DNA from: Acidobacteriota bacterium | Lineage (GTDB): Bacteria > Acidobacteriota > Terriglobia > 2-12-FULL-54-10 | Reading direction: 5' to 3' | NCBI GenBank assembly: GCA_016191085.1 | Contig: JACPPJ010000013.1 | Coordinates: 9,415-73,414, forward strand | DNA length: 64,000 bases | In this document: piece by piece, positions 20,849 to 28,000 of the stretch | Layout: each line of letters starts with the position of its first letter | Position numbering within the stretch: the first letter of the stretch is position 1 | The notes under the pieces: generated by a model | The model's input: the letters and a program-made list of their open reading frames with translations, nothing else | Told to the model about the DNA's origin: nothing | Databases searched by the model: none | Translations under genes and position numbers: made by a program

Positions 20849-20975
20849 GTAGCGCAGAGTTTGCGCTTTTGAAACTCTGCGGCGTTAAATCGTTAATTTG
20901 CCACCCCGGAGTCGCCGGTAATAACGTGACTCAACAAAGAACCGCAGAGTTTGAAAAGCGCAAACTCTGCGCTAC
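20849..20975. repeat. 127-bp inverted-repeat element (34-bp arms, each arm itself a hairpin)
   Basis: Left arm gtagcgcagagtttgcgcttttgaaactctgcgg (20849-20882). Right arm ccgcagagtttgaaaagcgcaaactctgcgctac (20942-20975), with 1 mismatch between arms and a 59-nt loop. Within each arm CGCAGAGTTT pairs with AAACTCTGCG. Confidence 0.85.
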
Positions 20976-21143
20976 ACTCTACCGGCAAACCCTACCGCAG
21001 CTTCTCTTTTACATTGCCACCGGCCTGATATTTAGGTACTGTGGACAGGGATTTTTGGCTCTGGCCCGACCCACTGTAAGTCTGCGCGGAGCGTAGATTT
21101 CCGAAACTTTGTTACGGTTGCGGTGTTTAATGGTGGGGGTATC

Positions 21144-21551
21144 ATGTTGACGAACGCCGGAACAACGGCGAAGGAAAGTGAGAAAGCCACCCGGCGATTC
21201 GTGGTCCGGAACCGCACGCGTGGAACCATAGTGGCTGAGGACGTGCACGTTGCGGACACCCCGAGCGCGCGGCGGGTCGGTTTGCTGAAGCATAGCGAAC
21301 TAAAGCCCAGAGAGGGCTTGTGGATTTACCCCTGCCAAGCCGTCCATACCTTCTGGATGCGCTTCCCCATTGATGTGGCATTTCTCGACCGCCATCGTCG
21401 CGTGAGGCGGGTGTATCATCGGCTGCTCCCGTTTCGGTTGACGCGTTTTGTGTGGCGCTCGCGCAGTGTGTTGGAACTGGCTGCAGGCGTTCTTGAAGAG
21501 AGCCGGACGGAATCGGGAGATGAGCTCGAATTTTCTCGTCACGAAAGCTGA
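21144..21551 (+). CDS. DUF192 (COG1430) domain protein
   Basis: VVRNRTRGTIVAEDVHVADTPSARRVGLL...GLWIYPCQAVHTFWMRFPIDVAFLD...VLELAAG matches the DUF192 pattern as I recall it. The ATG at 21144 is preferred over the GTG at 21123. Confidence 0.7.
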   Translation: MLTNAGTTAKESEKATRRFVVRNRTRGTIVAEDVHVADTPSARRVGLLKHSELKPREGLWIYPCQAVHTFWMRFPIDVAFLDRHRRVRRVYHRLLPFRLTRFVWRSRSVLELAAGVLEESRTESGDELEFSRHES

Positions 21552-21603
21552 TTCGCTCCTTATCTAGTCAGTGATTACAATCAATCGTGACCGGACAATA
21601 TAA

Positions 21604-22758
21604 ATGACCCCTCCACGCTTACAAGGATCGCCCTCAGGAGTGCGGGTGTTGACGGTGGTCTTTCTTGCCGCGTTGACCCTGTGTTCCGGCGGGTGTGTGC
21701 GCCGCATCATTTCAAGCCGCGGTTTTGGATTGCTCCACTCTCAGCGCCAGAGGGCAACCGCTACCACGGCGAAGCGCTCGCCGCTGCAGTCCTCTGTACC
21801 CGACGATCTGGTCCGGCAGATATTTCTGCGACAGACCCGCGACGCATACGAGCCGCTGGCCGAAAGCAAGACTGTTTCCATGCTGGAAACGCGGTTGCGT
21901 CTCGACTCCAAAGATGTTCCGGCCCGACTCCAACTCGCCAGTATCTATGAGCGTTTCAGTCTCGCCGAGCAGGCCGCCGAGCAGTACAAAGTAGCGCTGG
22001 ATGACGCTGCCGGGCCATCGGAATCTGGGCTTCCCAAGAACCCCCTACAGGCGCAGTCCGCCGCCGAAGGCTTGGCGCGGTCGGCGCGCTCGGCGGGCCA
22101 GAGCACAGCCGCCATTCCCGCGCTGGCCGATTTCGTAAGGCGCTGGCCCGTCGCGGGCGTCTGGAATGAACTCGGGATGCTTTATGATGACGCGGGTGAC
22201 ACGTTGCATGCGGAAGAAGCGTTCAGGCGGGCCGTGGCGCGTGAGCCCACGTCGGAGAGTCTCCACAACAACCTGGGATACAACCTTCTGTTGCAGCAGA
22301 AAACAGGCGAGGCCGAGGCCGAGTTCCGTCGCGCGCTCGAGATCAATGGCAAATCCGCCGCTGCGCACAACAATATCGGCACGTTGCTGGCGCGGCGCGG
22401 AGAGGCAGACGCCGCATTCCAGCATTTCCGCATGGCGGCATCGGACGTCGCAACGGCTCACAACAATCTCGCTGTAGTGCTGCTTGAGATGGGAGCGTAC
22501 GAACGAAGCCGAAACGAGCTGGTGAAAGCTTTATCGGCGCGTTACTACTTTGCCGCGCCCATGCAGAACTTCAAGCTCGTGCAGGAGCTGTTGCGCCAGC
22601 GCGCGGAGCTGATGAACGCCGGCACGGGCCTGCCGCTCAGGACTATTTCTGCTTCGCTGGCGCGCGCCGCAACTCCCCCAACGTCGTTTACACAATCCGA
22701 CGCCCGCCTGCCTACCGCGTCAGGCGTCGCCAAACCGGAATTTTCCGAGGAACCGTAA
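21604..22758 (+). CDS. TPR-repeat protein, TadD-like (possible lipoprotein)
   Basis: N-terminal signal with Cys (LAALTLCSGGC). Several TPR units (WNELGMLYDDAGDTLHAEEAFRRAVAREP, HNNLGYNLLLQQKTGEAEAEFRRALEIN, HNNIGTLLARRGEADAA). The stop overlaps the flp ATG. Confidence 0.7.
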   Translation: MTPPRLQGSPSGVRVLTVVFLAALTLCSGGCVRRIISSRGFGLLHSQRQRATATTAKRSPLQSSVPDDLVRQIFLRQTRDAYEPLAESKTVSMLETRLRLDSKDVPARLQLASIYERFSLAEQAAEQYKVALDDAAGPSESGLPKNPLQAQSAAEGLARSARSAGQSTAAIPALADFVRRWPVAGVWNELGMLYDDAGDTLHAEEAFRRAVAREPTSESLHNNLGYNLLLQQKTGEAEAEFRRALEINGKSAAAHNNIGTLLARRGEADAAFQHFRMAASDVATAHNNLAVVLLEMGAYERSRNELVKALSARYYFAAPMQNFKLVQELLRQRAELMNAGTGLPLRTISASLARAATPPTSFTQSDARLPTASGVAKPEFSEEP

Positions 22759-22934
22759 TGAAAACTTTTTGGAAGCAATTTTGGAAAGACACTGAAGGTC
22801 AGGACCTGGTCGAGTACGCCTTGCTCGTGGCCGCGATCGCACTGGGCATGATTGCCACCATCCGGGGAATCGCCAACGCCCTGAACACGCTGTACGAGAG
22901 CATCTCGACCGGACTGGGCTCCATCGGCCAGTAG
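22758..22934 (+). CDS. flp: Flp/Fap-family prepilin (58 aa)
   Basis: Below the ORF-track size cut-off. Own translation: MKTFWKQFWKDTEGQDLVEYALLVAAIALGMIATIRGIANALNTLYESISTGLGSIGQ. It has the Flp processing motif G-x4-EY followed by a hydrophobic helix. TAATG overlaps the upstream stop. Confidence 0.85.
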   Translation: MKTFWKQFWKDTEGQDLVEYALLVAAIALGMIATIRGIANALNTLYESISTGLGSIGQ

Positions 22935-22961
22935 TTTGTTGCAGCCGTCGTAGGCGGAATC

Positions 22962-24539
22962 ATGAGCAGCTATTCGCAGGTCGTCACCATGCCCCGGCCA
23001 GCCATCCGCTCCAACACACGTGTGTCCTGGATGCTGTCAGCGATCATCCCGAGCGTGGGCGCCGCGATTTTCGCCGTGTCATTGGCGCATGTGCTGTTCA
23101 TCTCCGGAGGCATGCGGACACTGTTTCGCGATAGCGACGCGGGCTGGCACATCCGAACCGGCGAAGCCATGCTCAGCAGCTTGAGCGTGCCGCGCGCCGA
23201 TCCATTCTCGTTCACGGTTGCGGGAAAAGAGTGGTTCGCCTGGGAGTGGATCTCAGACGTGCTGCTGGGAACGGCACACCGCCTCGCCGGACCTGCCGGA
23301 GTGGCGCTGCTCGCGGCGTTCGTCATCGCGCTCACTGCCTGGGGCGCATCACGCTTTGCGCTGGCGCTAAGCGGGAATCTCTTGTTCACAGCGGTTGCCG
23401 CCGCCGTTCTGCTCGGCACAACCAGCATCCATTGGCTGGCGCGACCGCACATCTTTTCGTGGTTGATTGCGCTAGTGTTCTTGGCCATCGCGGAACGGCA
23501 TCGCCGCAGTCCATCGCCAAACACGTGGTACTCGCTTCCTGCGATTTCATGCTTGTGGGCAAATCTGCACGGCAGTTTCCTGCTCGGCCCCGGGATATTG
23601 TTCCTTTACGCAGCCGGTGAGTGGATGACCGCACTGCATGAAAACGGCGGGAGCCACAAGTGGCTCCGGCTGGTGCGCTGGCCCTCATCAGCAACGAGGT
23701 TCGCAGTCCTCGGCCTGGCGTCGCTCGCCGTTACGGTGGTCAATCCTTACGGCTGGAAACTGCACGCGCACATCGCATCGTATCTGCGCGACGGCTACAT
23801 CATGGACCACATCGCTGAGTTCCGCAGTTTCAGCTTCCACGCCCCCGGCGCCATTTTTGTCGAGCTGTTCCTCGCAATAGCCGTTTTGGGCACGGTGGCA
23901 ATGGCTCGCCAGCGCGCTTACGGACCGGCTCTCCTTGGAGTTGTTCTGCTGCACTTCTCATTGTATTCGGCGCGGTATCTTCCCGTGGCCGCTGTGCTGC
24001 TGCTGCCGCTATCGGTCGCAGCGTTGACGCGCGAGGCCGACAAGCTGTCTGCAATGCGCACGTTTATGCGATATTTTGAACGCGTGCGCAAGATTGATCG
24101 TGAAATATGGGGCGCCGTCCCGGTAATTATCGTACTCGCGTTGACTGCCGGGTTCGTCGTCAGCCAGGCGCGCGCCGGCCGCGTTGGATTCGACCCATCC
24201 AAGTTTCCGGTGCAGGCAGCGGCGTATTTTGAGAAACGCGACATCAACAGCAGGATCTACACCCACGACCAGTGGGGAGGGTATTTGATTTACCGCTTCG
24301 GCGGCCGGCTGAAGGTATTCATGGACGGACGCAGCGACTACTATGGCCGCGAGATGTTGGAGACGCACGCCACGATCAACGAAGTGAAGCCCGGATGGGA
24401 TGGGACGCTGGAATCCTTTGGTATTCAATTCGTACTGGTCCCGCCGGATCGCCCTCTGGCGTCGGTGCTGGCGCTGAAACCGGAATGGAATCGGGTCTAC
24501 GCGGATTCCACCGCCGCGATCTTTGAGAGGGTCGGCTGA
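22962..24539 (+). CDS. Polytopic membrane protein with C-terminal extracytoplasmic domain (GT-C-like or O-antigen-ligase-like topology)
   Basis: 525 aa, about 9-10 TM helices. The first external loop is acidic (LFRDSDAGWHIRTGE...PRADPFSFTVAGKEWFAWEWISD). Contains WANLHGSFLLG and a ~120-aa soluble C-terminal domain. Starts 27 nt after flp. Confidence 0.65.
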   Translation: MSSYSQVVTMPRPAIRSNTRVSWMLSAIIPSVGAAIFAVSLAHVLFISGGMRTLFRDSDAGWHIRTGEAMLSSLSVPRADPFSFTVAGKEWFAWEWISDVLLGTAHRLAGPAGVALLAAFVIALTAWGASRFALALSGNLLFTAVAAAVLLGTTSIHWLARPHIFSWLIALVFLAIAERHRRSPSPNTWYSLPAISCLWANLHGSFLLGPGILFLYAAGEWMTALHENGGSHKWLRLVRWPSSATRFAVLGLASLAVTVVNPYGWKLHAHIASYLRDGYIMDHIAEFRSFSFHAPGAIFVELFLAIAVLGTVAMARQRAYGPALLGVVLLHFSLYSARYLPVAAVLLLPLSVAALTREADKLSAMRTFMRYFERVRKIDREIWGAVPVIIVLALTAGFVVSQARAGRVGFDPSKFPVQAAAYFEKRDINSRIYTHDQWGGYLIYRFGGRLKVFMDGRSDYYGREMLETHATINEVKPGWDGTLESFGIQFVLVPPDRPLASVLALKPEWNRVYADSTAAIFERVG

Positions 24540-24559
24540 TGAATTTTCGCTATACGTCA

Positions 24560-24795
24560 GGGCATGGCTGAAGAGTGTGTGTGAAAACGTCGGATATGCG
24601 AAGGGCACGACTTCAGTCGTGCCATAAGTCGCGCAATATCAATTCGGCTTTAGCCACTGAGGTCAGCCGTTGCAGGTTGTCACACAGACTCTTTAGCCAT
24701 GCCAACGGCAGCGGAGATGAACCGGGCGCTTCAGCGCCTGAGGTCCAGGTTCCTCAGCGGCTAAGGCCATCGGTTTTGGTTGAAACCGTGCCCTG
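24560..24795. repeat. Nested-palindrome repeat element, copy 2 (extended/compound)
   Basis: GGGCACGACTTCAGTCGTGCC, GGCTTTAGCCACTGAGG and CCTCAGCGGCTAAGGCC, plus extra partial units. 24560-24668 is about 91 percent identical to the reverse complement of 33223-33332. Confidence 0.85.
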
Positions 24796-24817
24796 AGTTG
24801 GCGGACGCTTCACTGAG

Positions 24818-25366
24818 GTGACTATCACTATGACCGGCGGAAATCTGCCAATCGCGATCGCAGCAGCGATGGTCGTGGTGGTCATTGCCGCGGCCATTGC
24901 AGATCTAGCCACGCGCAGGATTCCGAACTGGATCACTCTGCCGGGAGCCGTTCTGGGCGTAACGCTGCATGCTTACTACGGCGGCGCACATGGCGCGATG
25001 CTGTCGCTCGCCGGCGCTGGCATGGCGTTCGCCTTTTTCCTGCTCCTGCATCTTGCGGGCGGGATGGGAGCGGGCGACGTGAAATTAGCGGGCGCGGTGG
25101 GAGCGTTAGTCGGCCCGCAAGCGTTTGTGATCGTGTTCATCGCCACCGGGCTGCTGGGCGGAGTGGCGGCGATAGCGCTGGCATTGCTTCGCAGGCGCTT
25201 GTGGCAGACGTTGGCGCAAACGATGGTGTTGCTCTCAAACTTTGGGCGCCTGCGCTGGAATGCGGTGCGGCGGAGCAGTTCCTTGAACCGGCCTGACGCC
25301 TTGCGGCTTCCTTATGGCGCGGTCATCGCCGGTGGCGCATTGGCGTTCCTGGCGTTTTATCATTAG
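24818..25366 (+). CDS. cpaA: Prepilin peptidase CpaA/TadV (A24 family)
   Basis: AAIADLATRRIPNWITLPG and GGMGAGDVKLAGAVGALVG provide the two catalytic Asp contexts of TadV-type peptidases. About 5 TM helices. Confidence 0.85.
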   Translation: MTITMTGGNLPIAIAAAMVVVVIAAAIADLATRRIPNWITLPGAVLGVTLHAYYGGAHGAMLSLAGAGMAFAFFLLLHLAGGMGAGDVKLAGAVGALVGPQAFVIVFIATGLLGGVAAIALALLRRRLWQTLAQTMVLLSNFGRLRWNAVRRSSSLNRPDALRLPYGAVIAGGALAFLAFYH

Positions 25367-25372
25367 AAAGTT

Positions 25373-26275
25373 ATGCAGCGTAATCGAGCATTGCTGGCAT
25401 TCGGAGTCGCCTGGCTGACGGCGTTACTGCTGAGCTGGGCCGTGTACAAGAAAACCGCCGCGCCGCAGGCGCGTCAGACTGTGCAGGTGGTTGCGGCCGC
25501 GGCTGATCTTCCCGCTGGAAAACGCATCACCGCAGCCGATGTGAAGCTGCTAACCATAGATCGCAAGGACGCACCAAGAGGCGCATTCTTCAATACCGCG
25601 GATGTAATTGATCGCGCCGTTCTCTCGCCGGTGGTCACCAATGAGACGGTGCTCGATGGAAAGATCGCGGCCAAAGGCGGCGGGGAGGGCATTACTGCCC
25701 TGATCGAACCTGGCATGCGCGCTGTCTCCGTCCAGGTAAACGAAATCTCGGGAGTTTCCGGATTCATCCAGCCGGGCACGCGCGTGGACGTGCTGTTCAC
25801 GCGGATGCTGACGAACGGTGATGCAGCCACCACAACCGTTCTGCAGAACGCCAAAGTGCTGGCGTACGGGAAACAGTTGGAGCCTCAGTCTAAAGTCGAT
25901 GTGAAGGATACGACGAAGATAACGGTTGCCACGCTGCTCGTCACACAAGAGCAGGCGGAAAAACTGGCGCTCGCAATGCAGCGCGGTCGCATTCAACTGG
26001 TGCTTCGGAATCCGCTCGACAACGAGATCAGCGATGGAAGAGAGCCGGTCAGCGCCGCCGACCTGGGGATTAAAGAGCCGGAGAGGAAGCCCCCGATGCG
26101 TCCTGCTCCAGTGCCGGTGAGCACCCCGGCTCCCCGGAAAACAGCTCGCAGTGGCGACAAACAATCCGACGCCTCCGGGAACGGACATATCACAGTGCGT
26201 GTCTATCGCGGCTCCAAGGCGAGCGAGGACGTTTTCGAGAATGAGACCCCGAACCAGCACGATGAGAACGATTGA
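25373..26275 (+). CDS. cpaB: Flp pilus assembly protein CpaB/RcpC
   Basis: N-terminal TM anchor. SAF-like segment VVAAAADLPAGKRITAADVKL, then an RcpC-like beta domain and a Pro-rich tail. Confidence 0.85.
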   Translation: MQRNRALLAFGVAWLTALLLSWAVYKKTAAPQARQTVQVVAAAADLPAGKRITAADVKLLTIDRKDAPRGAFFNTADVIDRAVLSPVVTNETVLDGKIAAKGGGEGITALIEPGMRAVSVQVNEISGVSGFIQPGTRVDVLFTRMLTNGDAATTTVLQNAKVLAYGKQLEPQSKVDVKDTTKITVATLLVTQEQAEKLALAMQRGRIQLVLRNPLDNEISDGREPVSAADLGIKEPERKPPMRPAPVPVSTPAPRKTARSGDKQSDASGNGHITVRVYRGSKASEDVFENETPNQHDEND

Positions 26276-26302
26276 TCCCCAAAACTCGTCGGAGTTGCGG
26301 AA

Positions 26303-26393
26303 GGGCGCGACTTCAGCGCCTGAGGTGAGTGCGGCCTCAGCGGCCAAAGCCGACAGCGTAGCGAAGCAATTCGGCATGGCTAAAGCCATGCCC
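26303..26393. repeat. Nested-palindrome repeat element, copy 3 (compact)
   Basis: GGGCGCGACTTCAGCGCC-TGAGG ... CCTCAGCGGCCAAAGCC ... GGCATGGCTAAAGCCATGCCC. The last hairpin contains the probable cpaC start codon. Confidence 0.8.
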
Positions 26394-27833
26394 TTTCCTA
26401 CCCTGGTTTTCGCGCTAGCCTTTTTGTTGTTTGGATTACCCGTGTTTGTTGGGGCGCAAGACAATCCTCCCGACTCACCGACGCCGGTGCGCGCTCCGTC
26501 GCGACCAGCGGTGCAGCTTCCTTCGCGGCAGATGACGGTGCAGGTTGGCCGTGGTGAGTTGTTACAGTTTACGGACACAGCCTCCCGCGTGTCGGTTTCG
26601 GAGCCGCTGATCGCCGACGCGGTTGTGGTTTCGCCGCACGAGGTGGTCGTGAACGGCAAATCTCCGGGTAATACAACGGTGATGGTTTGGCACGGCGACA
26701 CCATTTCGCGATATGAAATCACAGTCCAGGCAGACCTGACTGAGATACGCCAGGAACTGCACGCCACGCTGCCGAATGAGCAGATCCAGGTGTCCAGCAG
26801 CAAAGATGCGATTTTGCTTACGGGCGTGGTGACCAACGCGGAGGTCGCCAAACGCGCCGGCGAGATTGCCGCCATCCATGCAAAGAGTGTGGTGAACCTG
26901 CTGCAGGCGCCCCCGACATATCCGCGCCAGGTGATGCTCCAGGTAAAGTTTGCGACCGTAGATCGTGATGAGCTGACGCGCATCGGCGTGAACCTTTTCA
27001 GCGTGAATAATAAGCTCCTGAGCGGCTCAACAACACAGCAGTTCCAGTTTCCCCGCATCGGCCAGTTGCAGTTCCAGCAAGGCCCGGAGGGCCAGCCGGT
27101 GCTGGGAAGCGAGCAGGTAACTATCAGCGACCTGCTGAACCTCTTCGCGTTCCGCCCGGACCTGAACTTCGGAGCTACGATCGCGCTGCTGAAGAACAAC
27201 AACGTGCTGGAGATTTTGGCGGAGCCCAATTTGATTACCACCAGCGGGCACGAGGCCAGCTTCCTGGCCGGCGGCCAGTTCCCGTTTCCGGTGATTACAA
27301 GCACGGGCAGCGGCGCTCAATCTACGCCTGTGGTGACGATTCAGTTCCGCCCGTTCGGCGTGCGGCTCAACTTTACGCCCACCGTCAACGAGAACGATGT
27401 GATTCACTTGAAGGTGCGTCCTGAGGTCAGCTCGCTCGACTTTGCAAATGCGCTGACCATTCAGGGCTTCCTGATTCCAGCGCTCAGCACGCGCGAAGCG
27501 GAAACAGAAGTGGACCTGAAAGAGGGTGAGAGTTTCGCAATAGCTGGCTTGCTCGACAACCGTGTCACGGAGGCGGTCAGCAAGATTCCGGGGATCGGTG
27601 ACATTCCGATTCTCGGGCGCCTCTTCCGCTCCCGCCAGACAAACAAGGCGAACTCCGAACTGCTGGTCGTCATCACGCCACGTTTCGTGAAGCCGTTCGC
27701 GGCCGGGGAGACTGTTCCATTGCCGAATTTTCCCGTAAAGTTTCTCGACGGGCAGCGTCCCACCCAGACTCCTGAACCTCCGAAGTTCGTCGGCCCGCGC
27801 GGACACGAATCTTCCGAAGGAGCGGGCAAGTGA
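26376..27833 (+). CDS. cpaC: Tad secretin CpaC/RcpA
   Basis: Signal peptide MAKAMPFPTLVFALAFLLFGLPVFVGAQ. BON/pilus-formation N-domain, secretin core (LAEPNLITTSGHEASFLAGGQFPFP...IPGIGDIPILGRLFRS). The track start at 26151 runs through the repeat and overlaps cpaB, so I reject it. Confidence 0.85.
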   Translation: MAKAMPFPTLVFALAFLLFGLPVFVGAQDNPPDSPTPVRAPSRPAVQLPSRQMTVQVGRGELLQFTDTASRVSVSEPLIADAVVVSPHEVVVNGKSPGNTTVMVWHGDTISRYEITVQADLTEIRQELHATLPNEQIQVSSSKDAILLTGVVTNAEVAKRAGEIAAIHAKSVVNLLQAPPTYPRQVMLQVKFATVDRDELTRIGVNLFSVNNKLLSGSTTQQFQFPRIGQLQFQQGPEGQPVLGSEQVTISDLLNLFAFRPDLNFGATIALLKNNNVLEILAEPNLITTSGHEASFLAGGQFPFPVITSTGSGAQSTPVVTIQFRPFGVRLNFTPTVNENDVIHLKVRPEVSSLDFANALTIQGFLIPALSTREAETEVDLKEGESFAIAGLLDNRVTEAVSKIPGIGDIPILGRLFRSRQTNKANSELLVVITPRFVKPFAAGETVPLPNFPVKFLDGQRPTQTPEPPKFVGPRGHESSEGAGK

Positions 27834-27843
27834 GGGGAGGGCG

Positions 27844-27978
27844 GCGAGTGGCGAGTGGCGAGTGGCGAGTGGGGAAAATAGCGGGCGGCGAGCAACCGGC
27901 TCAAGCACCGTTCATCAGTCGCCAAGCGCTAATCGCGAATGGCCGTTCACCACTCACAACTTGCCACTCGCCACTCGC
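27844..27978. repeat. Inverted arrays of the heptamer GCGAGTG
   Basis: GCGAGTG x4 perfect (27844-27871). Downstream is the complementary array cactcac ... CACTCGC CACTCGC (27951-27978). Lies between cpaC and the tadG-like gene. Confidence 0.85.
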
Positions 27979-28000
27979 CCGGCACCCCGAGCGCGGCGCG

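Noticed and set aside
20869-21096. 75-aa plus-strand ORF over the 127-bp inverted-repeat element
   Set aside because: It starts inside the left arm and reads through the palindrome. There is no SD and no protein-like features.
24575-24796. 73-aa ORF (and similar: the N-terminal parts of track ORFs starting at 26151, 27830, 33327 and 51447; 30878-31594 minus; 27027-27908 minus) lying in repeat DNA
   Set aside because: The peptides ([28 protein letters not shown] and so on) are simply translations of the palindromic or heptamer repeats. Downstream in-frame starts give normal signal peptides or N-termini.
25550-27304. 584-aa minus-strand ORF spanning cpaB-cpaC
   Set aside because: It lies antisense to two recognisable Tad genes and crosses an intergenic repeat. 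It has low-complexity Ser/Thr/Cys-rich translation.
27844-27978. Heptamer arrays and the 125-nt repeats as a possible CRISPR array
   Set aside because: The units are 7 nt, or palindromic modules in inverted orientation. There are no regularly spaced unique spacers of constant length and no cas genes in the window.
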